In this document: piece after piece, positions 19,785 through 32,500 of the stretch | Layout of the letters: each line of letters starts with the position of its first letter | How positions within the stretch are numbered: the stretch's first letter is position 1 | DNA from: Chrysochromulina tobinii | Taxonomy: Eukaryota | NCBI GenBank assembly: GCA_001275005.1 | Contig: JWZX01003370.1 | Span: forward strand, 1 to 47,303 | DNA length: 47,303 nucleotides | Reading direction: 5' to 3' | Program-made: the position numbers and the translations under genes | Notes under the pieces: model-generated | Database searches by the model: none | Told to the model about the DNA's origin: nothing | Seen by the model: only the letters and a program-made list of their open reading frames with translations

Positions 19785-22082
19785 TCTAGCATGTCGAACA
19801 GCTCCGTCTGGCAGTACCTGAACGTTCACGTCCACAGGTGTCGCCGCCCGCAGTGCATCGAGTCTCTGGCCAAACAGCTGCAGCTGTGCATCCATCCTGG
19901 TCTGAGCGGCCTGCATGCCACGCAGCACGTCAACGAGCTGACTGGTCGTCTCTTCCAGCCTCCCATGAGCCGTGCGGGGGGTGAAAGCACCATCGAGCAC
20001 GATTCCGTCCAAACTCTCGGCATCGCGCGGTCCGTGGGGGGCACCCCCACCCCACTCACCGTCCACACTCTCGTCCTCGCGCCGAGAGTTACGGGAACTT
20101 CGTCCTCCGCGCGCTCCGTCCCTTACTCCGTCCCGGTCCTCTGAAGGTCCTCGCGAGAGCTTTGGTGAGAGTCTATTGCTTCGAGATAGGTGGGGGCTTG
20201 AGCGGGGTCTGGTCGGGCTGTATCCACTCTCGTCAGGCTCGGTTCTCCACGACTCAAGGTAAGTGAACCCCTCGGCGTCCTCGCGCCGTATGAAGGAGCG
20301 GCTCGCATAGGTGCCGTTGCTCACTCGCGCGAGGGAGAGGATCAGGTAGCGCTGCAAGACGATTTGACGCATACGCTTCCGAATCTTTGCCATCTCGTCA
20401 GGGAAAGCATTCCCCACCCGAACAAAGTCGTGCCGGCGCAGCACCATACACTCGCAGAAGGTCAGCGCCACCGCCTGTGAGTGGTCGACGATCGCAAAGT
20501 TTACGTGCGGGAGGAGTGCATCTTCGCCCCACACGCGACCCTTGCCCAGAAAGCGATAGAGCTTCACCACCATGCCCCGCTTGAGCACGTACAGCTGGCC
20601 GATGGGCATCCGCTCGTTCACGATGAATGCAGCGAGCTGGAGCTGCATCGCAAGCGCTGCGACAAAGTCCCTCTCGAGCCGCGTCAGGCCGAGCCCGTTG
20701 AGGAACCAGATCTGCGTGAGCCAGATGCTGTTGGCCGCGATCGCGACCGTTCCTTTGAGCAGCGGGGACATCATGGCGAGTAGATCTTCATCGTTGTTAC
20801 CCTCGAGCACGTTGCGCGCGTTCTGGAAGTACTCGCGCAGCATGAGACGCATATCCTTGGGCAGATGGCGCTCGCGCATAAAGTAGTTGAGGGTGTCCAT
20901 CGTGTTGCGGTGCTGAACAAGGGTCGGGTTGAGGGTGGAGTAGACGCCCGCGATCGTGCCAATGACAGATGCCCACGCGGACGCAGTCACAAGCATGAGG
21001 ACGACCGCCACGGCCTGCTCGGGAGTGTTCTGCGGAGAGATGTCGCCATAACCGATGCCCGTGAGCGTCATGGTCGCCCAGTACAGCGCAGCTACGTACA
21101 TCTCAAACGGGCTGTCGAAGTCCTCCCCCTTGTCCTCTCGCATCGCTCGCTTCCACGTAGGTGACTCCGAGAGGTCATCAACGAAGAGGCTTGGCACGAA
21201 GTTCCACGTGCATGCTGACAGGTGGGCGATGGAAATGATCATGATGATGAGCTTTGCGACCTCTGTGACAGCGTACGTGATCTCAAAGTACTTGACCAGC
21301 AGGTCGGTGATCAGGGAGGTGAAGAGGCGCGCCGCCTTGAGCACTCGCGCCAGCTTTACGAGGCGCAGCAATCGAATCGTGCGTACACTCAGTGCGGCCT
21401 GCCTTTCCTGCCTCGCAGTGCGTGGACTCGAGCCACCCAACGCACCACTCCCTAGTTCTGGTGGTATGAGATCGTGCACAAAGGGGTAGCACGTCGCGTT
21501 TGCATCGAGGAACAGGAGCACGTAGATGGGCACGATCGAGATGAGGTCAAAGAAAAACCAGGTCTTCAAGTACTGCCATGCGATCTTCCTTCTACTCGTG
21601 ACCCAAAGCCCCGTCGTGTCATCCAAGTACTGCAGATGAAAGAGGATCACGATGTCAATCAGAAAGAGCAGATCGATGATGCGATTGAACAGGAACAGTC
21701 CGTCCACGCACTGCGCATCTTCGACGAAGCTGACCTCGAAGGGCGTCACGATTGCGGTCATTATCGTTGCAAAGAACGTGACAACGTCCCAAATGGGTAT
21801 GAACATTGAAGATCGCCGTGGGTTGATAGTGTTTTGATCTCCCAGGTACAATTTGATGAGCTTCAAGCGCCATAACCTATGCCCTTTGCTCTCGGTGCGA
21901 GGATTCGGAATCCTCGACGTGCTCTTCGGGCCGACAGAATTCAGCTTCCACAAATCTTGTACGGTGATCATGGGGAAGTGTGCGGCGCGTCCATTCAATT
22001 TTTGTGGTTCAATCTTGCGCTCGTCCGGGAACCTGTCCAAGCTGGCTGTATCTGCTGGAGTCACGTTCATTGTGCACAGCAC
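19770..22082 (-). CDS. Voltage-gated K+ channel with cyclic-nucleotide-binding homology domain (EAG/KCNH/HCN-like)
   Basis: S4 RTIRLLRLVKLARVLK, pore TLTGIGYGDISP, C-linker and CNBD-like GQLYVLKRG..WGE. The 5' end is uncertain (possible upstream exon). Confidence 0.92.
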   Translation of the reverse strand: MLCTMNVTPADTASLDRFPDERKIEPQKLNGRAAHFPMITVQDLWKLNSVGPKSTSRIPNPRTESKGHRLWRLKLIKLYLGDQNTINPRRSSMFIPIWDVVTFFATIMTAIVTPFEVSFVEDAQCVDGLFLFNRIIDLLFLIDIVILFHLQYLDDTTGLWVTSRRKIAWQYLKTWFFFDLISIVPIYVLLFLDANATCYPFVHDLIPPELGSGALGGSSPRTARQERQAALSVRTIRLLRLVKLARVLKAARLFTSLITDLLVKYFEITYAVTEVAKLIIMIISIAHLSACTWNFVPSLFVDDLSESPTWKRAMREDKGEDFDSPFEMYVAALYWATMTLTGIGYGDISPQNTPEQAVAVVLMLVTASAWASVIGTIAGVYSTLNPTLVQHRNTMDTLNYFMRERHLPKDMRLMLREYFQNARNVLEGNNDEDLLAMMSPLLKGTVAIAANSIWLTQIWFLNGLGLTRLERDFVAALAMQLQLAAFIVNERMPIGQLYVLKRGMVVKLYRFLGKGRVWGEDALLPHVNFAIVDHSQAVALTFCECMVLRRHDFVRVGNAFPDEMAKIRKRMRQIVLQRYLILSLARVSNGTYASRSFIRREDAEGFTYLESWRTEPDESGYSPTRPRSSPHLSRSNRLSPKLSRGPSEDRDGVRDGARGGRSSRNSRREDESVDGEWGGGAPHGPRDAESLDGIVLDGAFTPRTAHGRLEETTSQLVDVLRGMQAAQTRMDAQLQLFGQRLDALRAATPVDVNVQVLPDGAVRHARETTS

Positions 22083-22557
22083 CTCGGAGTTGGGGAAGGA
22101 GCGAGAAAGAAGTGGCTCTCGAAGGGTCAGCGCTTCCTTCGACCGAGGACGCGTCCAGGTCTATGGGAAAAACACATCCATCAACCGTCCGACCGACACA
22201 CCGACGAATAGTATAGTAGTAGGCAGCAAGGATGCTTTTTTAATTATCTTCATGAAAAAAGCGATCTTTGAACGGCGCTGAATTGCATGCACACGCAAAC
22301 TTCGAAGCACAAGCTCCAGCGCGCGCGCGCGCGACTCGAGCCCCGGACGCGTTGGGCTCGAGGAAGGAGGAACTGCTCGTGGCCTGGAGACATTATACGA
22401 CTTCAATTCACACGCTCTCCCGACGACTACCTCAACGAACCCATCTATCCCACAGGAGGCCCACGCCCCTCCTCAACACCTAATCCTGCGATAGTTCTTG
22501 ATTGGCGGCCGTGTATATTAACAGCCAGTTCACACTTCAGCGAAACTCGATTTTAAA

Positions 22558-23082
22558 ATGGCCCTATTGGACGTCGTCGTGCCGCCCGGAGTCGGATCCG
22601 GCGAGACAATCGAAATCACCGACGAGGGCGGTCGCCAGCACCACGCGACCGTCCCGGAGGGACTTCGTGAAGGAGACACGTTCCGTGTGGAGCTTGAAGC
22701 GGAGTGTGGGACACTCATGGATGCATTTGAGACCTGGTTCGAGCGCGAGAAGATCGACGATCAGATCGAGGAGTTCATCATTCGCAACGCACAGCACTTG
22801 GATGTCACCAATGCGGAGCTTGAAGGTGGCACCGACGGTGAGCAGAGTCACAATTGGTGGCCGATCTATGAAATTTACCAGGAAACCTTTGAGGCCTTGC
22901 TTCAGCAGTTTCTCGATTCGGCTGGCTGCTCGGCGGAGGAGTTTTTGGCGGCCGCCAAGGACGCCTCTGGCATCGCAGAGATGTATACGAAATGGTTCCT
23001 CTCCTTGTCAAGCTATGAAATGTTCGTCGAGTGCATGATGGACGAAGAGAAGAGGCAGCGAGGTATGGTCGATGGCTCCTAA
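22558..23082 (+). CDS. BART (ARL2-binding/CFAP36-like) domain protein
   Basis: IEEFI..N, GEQSHNWWPIYEIYQETFEALLQQFL..G.S.EEF and SYEMFVECM match the BART domain. N-terminal VPPGV..G..VPEGLREG beta module. Confidence 0.8.
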   Translation: MALLDVVVPPGVGSGETIEITDEGGRQHHATVPEGLREGDTFRVELEAECGTLMDAFETWFEREKIDDQIEEFIIRNAQHLDVTNAELEGGTDGEQSHNWWPIYEIYQETFEALLQQFLDSAGCSAEEFLAAAKDASGIAEMYTKWFLSLSSYEMFVECMMDEEKRQRGMVDGS

Positions 23083-23750
23083 GGCCGCCGTGAAGGCTCC
23101 CTCAAATAAGCCACGCACTCACCTCTCACAAGCCCGTTTCCGTCGGCACATGGATTCAGCGTCGAATAAGATATTCAAGTTCAGATCGCGCGAACTGTTG
23201 AGCCAACCGAGTGTGCACTGGGCTGCGCGGCGTACAGCCTTGTATTAGAGAGGGCTCCTGGCGCGATCGCGCCCCGCGAACCGTAGATATTATTAGCGTA
23301 GTGCGACGAGACACGACCTAGGAATGCTGAGTACTCTGCTGTCCAGCATAAGCATCGAATGATGCATAGGCTTCTTTGGCCGCGAATTAAAACGGTGCAA
23401 TCCCTCAGTAAGGTCGCACCTTGAAGAACGCTAAGACGCGTCCCCTCATTCGTGCACCGCCACAACGCACAAGACGAACTCATACAACACGACACTCGTC
23501 CGGGTCCTCGGGCTTTCGAACTCGACTCGACTTCGCAAGGCGACGTCTGGGCGTCCGTGTGTCGCCCGCTGTGTTGGCGCCGCGAAACCCGATCAGCATG
23601 GAACACCGAGACTGCTGCGCCCATCAGCATCACGCAGTATGCCTCTACAGTCTACAGGATCACCAGCTCCCGCAAGCCAAGGCAACCGATCGATCGCGAT
23701 AGCTCCCGCACACACCCTGCTCGCGCACCCTGCTTCCGTGAGCGTTCCGT

Positions 23751-26700
23751 TTACAACTGGATGGCAAAAGGCTGCATGCAGTTCGTGCACTTGATCGAGA
23801 GCTTCGAGGTCATCTCGTCGTTGGCCACACTAAAGCGGAGCGACGCTGAGCAGCGCGGGCAGCTGGCCTGGAAGACCTTCTCACCCGCCGCAGCTGCGCC
23901 GCCCGCTCTGCTACCGGTACCCGCACCGCCACCTGCGCCGCTCCCGGTGGGGGGAGGTCCACTCGGCGGCGGCGGCGGGTCCACTTTGAATTTGGCGGAG
24001 CACGCGGGGCACGCAAAGGCGGTCGGCACTGTCGGCACCACCACCCGCAGCTGGTTGGTGCACGAGGGGCACTGGACGAGGCATGTGGGCGGCGGCGGCA
24101 TGGCCGGCGGCGCGGGGGGCAGCGCCGAGCCGCGCGGCGCAGGGAACTTGGCCTCGAGCTCGTCGAGCGACTTACCTGATGAGGGAGGCAATCAGACGTC
24201 ATCGGAGGCCATCCGAGGTCATTCGAAAGTCATCAGAGGTCATTATAGGTCATCAGAGGCAATCAGAGGTCATTAGAGGTCATCAGAGGTCATTCGAAAG
24301 TCATCAAGCGGCCTCGAGCTCGTCGAGCGACTTACTCACGCGCCGAAACTCTTCAAGGCGCTCCGAGTGCGCGCTGGCCTCGGACTCCGTCGGGCTGGCC
24401 ATGTAGCGCTGGATCGTCGTCTGCAGCGACAGCTTGCGAGCAAGCAGCGACTGGCGCTCCGATGCGAACGGATCAGCGGGCGCGGACGCCGATGAGGAGT
24501 CACTGCCCTCGTCGTCGTCGGCCGGCGGCGGCACGCCCTCGGGTGCCGCCGCCGATGACGCAGGCCCCGCGAGGAGGATCTGCAGTGCGGCACGCGGGTC
24601 ACCGCCCGCGTCTCGGAGTGCCGCCGACGCCTGGAATCGAGGGAATCCCATCTCGACGAGGCGAATGACGGACTTTTCGAAGCTCGCCGTCGGCAGTGCG
24701 ATCGGCTTCTCGACGGGCGCGGCACCGCCGGGCGCCGTCCCGGGCGATCCACTGGCGGGCGCCGTCACGGGCTTCTCCACCGGCGACGGTTGTGCCGTGC
24801 CACCAGTATTGACGGGCGCGATGCGGCTGCGCGCGCCGCCTAGCCGAACTGATGCGCGTGAGGCAAAGAGGGAAGGCCGGGAGCTTAAGAGACTCTTCTT
24901 GATCGCGGGCTTCGCTCCCGGCTCCTCGATCACGCTCGGCTCGCGGTCCGAGTTGTCTCGCCACACGCCCTCGCTCGGAGGGGCTGCGAATTCGTCCGAA
25001 GACGAGCCGCCGCCGGCCGTGGCGCCGCCCGCGCGAGCGCCCGGGAGGGCGCTTTGGGGGAGGGCGCCCAGTACAGCGCGTTCGGGGATGGGGAGCTGCG
25101 CGACGATGCCCATCGCGGCCACAAAGTGCGTGATGAACATGTCCTCGTAGTCCTCACGGACCGCAAAGTTGACCATGGAGCAGAGTGACGAAACCAGCCG
25201 TTGGGGCGTCGCGTGGAGAAGGGCGCAGGCCATGCCCGGTAAGAAGTCGTCGGCCGAGGGGGAGTCAGCGGCGAGGCCGAGCACCCCGAGCACGCATTCC
25301 CATGCGCGCAGCATGCAGCGCAGCTTCGCCTGAGGCCCGCGCGCGCTAGGCAGCGCGCGCAGCTGCGCCGCGGCCGTGTCGAAGGCGCGCGGCGAGAGGC
25401 GCGCGCAGATGTCGGGGGGAAGGCCCACCGTCGCTGCCGGCGTGTTGCGCAGGGCGAGGGTATGATTGTGCAGCAGCTCGTCGGCTGAGCCCACGCTCGG
25501 CAGCACGAAGACATCGGGTAGCGCGAGCGGCGCTGGAGGAGGCGTCGAGGTGGAGGCATCGTCATCGTCGTCCATGTCGTCTATGAGGATCCTCGGGGGG
25601 GCTCCACCAGGCGATGCGGGCAGGCTAGCTCCGCGCGAGGGCAGCGATGTGGGCGCGCTTGCAGGGGCGGCGGTATTGAAGGCGGCGGCGGCCGCGACGG
25701 AGGCGGCCCACGACGCGGCACTGGGACTCTTGTCGCGCATCGCTCGCTCGAGCAGGATAGAATGGACGGCCATCCGCTGCAGCCGCTCCTGCAGCACCTG
25801 AGGATTGTCGCGGCCCACCGCGCACGCTGCGCTCGTGGCCAAGACTGCGACCTCGCGGAGCGACTGCAGGCTCTGAGATCGCCTTAAGGGGGGGGCGCCG
25901 CCTTCGGCATCGGCGACGTCGAGCCGACGGGCCACGTCTTCCGTGGCGTTCTCGAGCCTGAGCTTGACGGCGCTACACTCTCGGCAGATCATCATCGCGG
26001 GCGGGTAGCAGAAGCAGGTCGGGCTCGTGCCGTCGGGTCGGCAGGTCGGTGGGAGCTCCTTTGCCAGCGTCGCCGCAGAGGGAGAGGGGGAGGGCGGAAC
26101 TTCGCCGCCGGCAGGCCCGCCCTCCCCCTCGGCGCTGAACAGAGCGTGCGCCACCAGAGCGTGCACTTGGCGCAAGAGCACCTTGGCGCGTGCATCGAGC
26201 GCGCGCGCGGCACTCTCGGCCTCTCCGAGCTGGACCATGACGCCGTAACGCACGCGCCGACGCCAGGCGAGCTCGGCAGCCCAGCGTGCCCGCTGCGATC
26301 GGAGGAGGTCCAATAGTAGAGGTACGTGCCCCAATGCCGCGCCCGTCTCGGCGCTCCGATTGCGACGGGCGCTGGGAAATCCGTTTGGAGATCCGTTGGG
26401 AGATCCGTTGGGAGATCCGTTGGGAGATCCGTTGGGAGATCCGCAGGGAGATCCGTTGGGAGATCCGTTGGGAGATCCGTTGGGAGATCCGCTGGGAGAT
26501 TCGCGCAGCGTGAGCCCCTCAAAGCCCTCGACCGCGCCAGAGCCGCCTGCGGTCGAGCCAGCCGCCGCCGCCGGCTCGGTGCCCGCGAGGGCTTGAACCG
26601 CGAGCAGCAGCGAGCTCATCTCAGCCGCCTCCGACCAGATGCCGAGTGAAAGGGCCGAGGCCACCCGCACCGCTACGGCGCCGTCGATCGAGAGGGAAGC

Positions 26701-29525
26701 AAGCTCTAACGGCCAGCCCCACCGAAGGCTGCGCCGCAGGAGGCGGCCGAGGAGCGCGCCCGCGTGCTCGCGCGCCGCCTGCTTGGCATCTGAGGCCGCC
26801 CCAGTCGTGCCATCCGAGGTCGCCACATGCTCCTCCTCAGCCAGCTCGACAGAAAGTCGGTCTGGGCCCGGGCTGGCCGGGCTGGCCGAGGGCGAGGCTT
26901 CCCCTCCCATCGGCCGAGCCTCCTCGGCGGGCGGCTCGAGCAGCAGAAAGGTCCACAGCTGCAGCGGCGGCACCGACGAGGAGCCGTCAGGGTGCACGAT
27001 GGAGGCTCCCTTCTCGAAGAACGATCGAAGCGGGCCCACGGTTCCAAAGCCATGCCCGCGCAGCAGGGCTGCCGTCGCGCGACGCTTGCGCAGAAGCACG
27101 ACGGGGGACCAGCCCGCGGCCTCCGAGATGATCTTGGAGGCCCCCTTGTGGTCGTAGAGCCGTTGGCCGTTGAAGAAGAAGATGTGGTCGCCGACGCGCA
27201 ATTGACCGGAGCGGTCTGCCGCGCCTCCGGGCACGATGTGCGTCAGTATTGGCGGGAAGTGGGCCGGCGAGTTCGGATGGCTGTCGACGTTCTCGACCGT
27301 TATCCCGAGGGGGCCTTCCTTGAGCAGCGCCGTCTCGAGCACCTGCATGCGAGGAGGGAGGGCATCAGTGGCAATCAGTGGCAATCAGTGGCAATCAGAG
27401 GCAATCAGAGGCAATCAGAGGCAATCAGAGGCAATCATCGGAGGTCCTCCGGTGAGGAGCGCCGTCCCAAGCACCTGGTACGCCTCCGCCTCGGCGCCGA
27501 GCGCGGCGAGCACCCTCTCGCGCATCGTGAGCTGTATGAGGTACTTGCGGACCGTTTGGCGCTCGGCGCCGTCCATTCGGATCACATAAAAAGGCGGGTC
27601 GTCGCCATAGTCGACCGAGAGGACAGTCGCCAACTTGCGCTCGCCATTGCGCTCGTACCAGCACTCTGTGCCCTTCGAAAGGACGTCCATGCCGCTGCTC
27701 ACGGCCGCGATGGCGGCGGCCGCGGCCGCGCCGCCTGTGGCGGCAGACTCTTGCAACGCCTCGTCCAGGCCATCAGGCAGCATGGCAACGAGGGAGCGTG
27801 GCAGGGGCAGCTGCTCGTGCAAGTGGAGCCGTACGAAGCACAGGAGGGTCACCAGGCAGCTCGTGGTGAGCACCACCGCACCGCCGGGCAACCCAAGGGG
27901 CACTGGCTCATCCTCATTGGCACGCACGATCATGCCGCCACCAGCTGCCGCGATCGTCCGTGTGCCGCGAGGCATCCTCAACGCCGCCCCCGCCCCTGCC
28001 GCCGCCTCGGCGGGCACACGTTCTCGGAGGCCCCCAGCTTCGTCAGCTTCGTCAGCTTCGTCAGCTTCGTCAGCTTCGTCAGCGTCGGCCGAGTACGGAA
28101 CCGGCTCGTCCATCGTCGCCATGATGGGCGGAGCAAACGGCGCCTCGACCAGCGCCGACGCACTCGCGGCCGCGGTGGCCGGCCCGGCAGTGAGCAGGCG
28201 CCGAGAAAAGTACCTCTTGGCTCCCTCGGGCGCGGAGCCCTGCGCGAGCGACTCTTCGCCCACGAGGCTCACGAGCTGCTCGAGCGCCGTGGCGAGCGCC
28301 GACAGGTTCTGACGCACGCGCATGCTCACCAAGCCCTCGCCGCCGTCGAGCCGCAAACCGTACAACTCGGGCGTCGTGAGTGCAGGCAGGACGAAGGTGT
28401 TGTACAGGAGCGCGACGAGCGCGCTCGTCGCGCCCGAGGGCAACGCGAAGCTCAGGGTGCGCGCGAGCATCCGCAAACCACGCGGTGCGCTCGATGCCGA
28501 GGAGAGCACCGCGTGAAGCAGCACCTCGCACTCGGCGCACAGCGCCGCGCTGCGCGCCGAGAGCACCTCCACCACTAAGACGTGTACGTCCATGGCCACC
28601 ACCTCCCCTTTCTCGACATCGCGATCCACCTCGGCGCGCTCGGTGGGCGAGAGAGACAGGTACGCGTCCATCGGCTCGACGAGCAACCGGAGCCCACGCT
28701 CGCTCTCGTCGGCGATGTGTGCCAGCAGTGGGCCCAGCGCCGCTTGCAGCCACGCGCCGCCGCCCGGCAGCATGCGCAAGTACGCCGCCACAAGCTTCGA
28801 AAAGAAGCTCCGGCTGCTTCGGAGCTCGGCATCGATCGGAACCAAGGGCTCGCCGCCCTCCGCCTCCTCGCCCTCCGCCTCCTCTCTCACCTCCTTCCCT
28901 GCGCCCTCCACCGCCGGCGCGCCCTGCGCCACCAGCGCGCCGATGAGCTCCATCAGCGCGGCCTCGTCGGACACGTGAGTGCGGTTGCCGTAGAGCGACA
29001 TGAGCAGCATCTGGACGGCTGCCTCTTGCTCAGCCACTGGGCAGCGCGCGCGCATCAGCCCTGAGCGGCGCAACGCGCCCGCGAGAGCGCGGGGCTGCCG
29101 GCGCAGCGCGTCGAGCAGAGCAGCCACGTCATCGTGATGCTCGTGCCGCTCCGCGTGCTTCTGCTCATCAAAGCCCATCACGTCGTCGCTCAGGCTGACA
29201 AGGCTGTTGGCGCCGCTGCTACTTGTGGTCAGACCGATCGTGAGGCAGCGAAGTGTCTCGGACTGCACCCAGCAGGCGAGCTGCTGCGCATGCAGCTTGA
29301 CGAAAGCCGCGCGCAGCCGCGTGAGGGCGCCAGCGTGCGCGCTGGCCTCCGCGTGCAGCACGCACACGTCGCGCTGCGCGCGCACCAGGCAGAGCCGCCA
29401 GCGCCGCTCCAGGCGCGTCGCCAACCGCCATGGCCATGGGTGCACCGGCAGCGGCGCGGCCTCGAGCGACGAGCTCTTCTTCTTGACGACACTCTTCTTC
29501 TTGACGAGTCTGGGGGTGTCGCCTC

Positions 29526-29587
<62 letters not shown>

Positions 29588-32500
29588 ACCCCCATCATCA
29601 GCTGGCCGAGCAGCGACTGCACCTTGAGCGGTTCGATCGCGCGAAGCAGTCGACGTGCGGCCGTCATCGTGAGTGCGACCGCCTGACCAGCATCGACCGT
29701 CGTGTCGTCCGTTGGGCTACCCATCTCTTCGAGCCCACGCACCACGTCATCGAAAAACGGAACCATGTACAGGATGGCGGCGGCGACGGCGTCCGCGTCC
29801 AATCCGACTTCGTCCGCCGACGGGTCGGCGCGCGCGCGCCGACGCTGGTCAATGTCTTGGCAGTAAAGAAGCAGCCAGGCCCACGATGCACTCTCATCGA
29901 CGGCCACCGCCTTGGCCGCATCCGCAGGCGTTGGCGGCATCGGCGAGGCGAGCGGATCGAGCGCGCCTGGCCTCTCGCCGCTCGTGTACACCGCGGGCGC
30001 CTCGGTCAGCAGACGCCACAGCTCCCCGAGAAGTCCACACGCATCCCGCGGAATGGCGCTCGCATTTGCCTGACGAAGTAGCTCGCGCGCCGCGGGCGCA
30101 CACGCCCAGAGCCACTCACGTCGCTGCACGGGCACACCCAGCCGTTCCATGCCACCGTCGGCCTCGGCCAGCATCATCGAACACGCCTGGTGGATGGGCG
30201 TCGTGTTGGGCGTCGCTGCGAGGGTGCTCGGGTTCTCGTACGGCCGCCAGTGGGCAGCGATGGCACACATCGTGAGAGACTGTTCTCGCGCGGAGAGCTC
30301 CGTCCACCAAGCCTCCTTGCTGACGGCTCGCACAATCTCGAGTACCGCCGTCGCGAGGCCCGCGCCCGTGGGGTCGACAGGGGCGCTGGGCACGACGGGC
30401 GCGTCCAACATGCCTGGCCGACCCACCGACGCGTCAAACTCTTCGAGCACTCGTACGAGCATAGCGCGCGCATGGGCGAGACGCACACGACTGGTGATGC
30501 GCTCTAGGCGCGCCGAGTCCGAGAGCGCGCTGGCGCAGCAGCGCGCCATGCCAAGCCACTCGGCGCGCGCGCTTGCGAGCTTTCCAATCAGCTTGGCTAC
30601 CTCCGCCGTCACGGCGTCACGCACGCTCGTCACCCACGCCGCCGGGGCAGTCCCACCCGCGCCAGCCGCCTCGCCTGCGCCGCCCTGGGCGAGGGATGCG
30701 ATCGTGTCAAGCTCGCCCAGGCATTCAAGAACCTGGGTGTGCTGCGAATCGTTCCCGGCCGCGATCGCCTCCTCCGCCTCGCGTGACAGCATGCTCCGCA
30801 GCCTCGCCCAAGTCGCCTCCGCACGGCTCGCGCCCACCACCCCCGCCCCCCGCCCCCCGCCCCCGCCGCCGTCCGCCCCCTCGTTCGCCGCGAAACTCGC
30901 AGGCGTGTCTGTGAGAAGGTACCCGTCAGTCATGGGCGGTGTTTCGTCAGGAGTTTCGTCACGGAGGCTCGCGAGCGGAAGACGAAAGAAGAGAGCCGTC
31001 AACTTATGGCGCAGCCGCATCAGCGCCGCCTCTGCCAGCCCGAGATCAGTCGACATCGCGGCCTTCTTCTTCTCGGGCGTGATCGCGCTGTCGGACGAGC
31101 TGCCGCGCTCCCTGCGTTCGGCCGCGTCCTTGCGGCCGAACCCCGCTAGGGAGGGCTCTCCCACCTCGAACGACAGGCACATCCCGTCCTCGTCATCCCA
31201 GATGATGCCGAGCTCGGCGAGCACCGGGGTAGCCCCTTGCAGCGCCTCGAGCAACGGTATGAGCAGCGGCTCGCGCGCGCCGCATGCATCCAGCAGACAA
31301 GCCTTCTTACCCTCAACCATGGTGTGAAGCAAGCGGAGTTTCGTCAGCTCGATCTCGACGTCCAAGGGCGGCGGTGTGAATAGCGCGACCTCGGCCTCGA
31401 TGGCTGCCTCGGCCGCCAGCGCCACCGGCGCGCGGTCCGCACCCAGCGTCGCGTCCGCCTCGGCCGTCAGATCGTCCGCGAGCTCGAGGATCGTGCTCTG
31501 CTCGCCGCCGTCGCTGCCCTCGCGCCCGCGTACCATCGCGGCGGTGCACCTCATCCCAAGCTCACGGAATCGATCCACCTGAAGCCAATAACCTTCGAGG
31601 TTCCAGGACTCGGCGGCGCGAGCCTCCGCGCTCGCCCCGCCGCCGCCCGGCGCGCCGCCCGGCGTGCCGCCTTCCACGCCGTACGGCTGGAGCACGGCAG
31701 CGCGTGTGAGAGCCGTCGCGAGAGCGACCAGGTTGCTACGTGCCTCACGGCTCACCGGAGCGGGGAGCACTACTCCGTAGGCCTCGGGGCAGGCGACCGC
31801 AGGCGCCACAAGGAGGGCGAGGAGCAGCTCGCGCGCGAGCGCACCGCCGCCGTCGCCGCCCTCCAGTCCGTCCGTCGCCGCCTCGGCAGGCGAGGGGGCG
31901 AAGCCCGTAAGGCCATCGGAAGGCCGGCGGCAGCGACGCTGAAGAAGCTGGCAGAGCAGTCGCAAGCCGCGCGGCGCGGCGGGCGTGGACGCGAGGAGCG
32001 CCTGCAGCAACGCCTCGCACTTGGCATTCAGCGCCGTGCTCCGCGCCGAGAGCACCTCCATCACCTTCATGTGCTCGCCCACAGACGTTGCAGAGACCTC
32101 GCGGTTCACCTCCGCACGATCCTCGGCCGAGAGCGACTGGTACGCGTCCACCGGGTCGATGAGAAGCTTGAGCCCGTACTTGCTCTCTTCGATGATGCGC
32201 GCGAGCTGCGCGCCCAGCGCCGCCTGCAGCCACGCGCCGCCGCCCGGCAGCATACGAAGGTAGGTGCAGCACAGGCGCTCGCCCAGCGAGCCTGCCTCGA
32301 GCGCGCGGCGCACGCCCACCTCGGCGGCGCGTAGGGCGACGGCATGCGCGGCCGCAAGCACGAGGCAGCGCTCCTCGTCCCACCGCCATAGGTGGCCCCA
32401 CACGGAGCAGAGCAGGATTGGCAGCGCCACCGCAGCGGCCATCCCGCTCCGATGCACAATCTCGATGAGCACCGCGGGCTGCCGGCGCAGGATGGTGAAC

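Noticed and set aside
19141..19821. ORFs inside the 0.47 kb repeat copies
   Set aside because: Reading frames are not preserved between the two copies (multiple frameshifting indels).
14872..27437. Short tandem arrays as CRISPR repeats
   Set aside because: Units are head-to-tail with no unique spacers, lie in spliceosomal introns or exons, and no cas genes are present.
26827..28578. Long antisense/alternate-frame ORFs (583 aa here; also 13924-15258, 15481-16518, 10209-11327, 30149-31327, 40703-42091)
   Set aside because: Shadows of GC-rich real genes on the opposite strand. They are Arg/Ala-rich, lack motifs and some run through intronic repeats.
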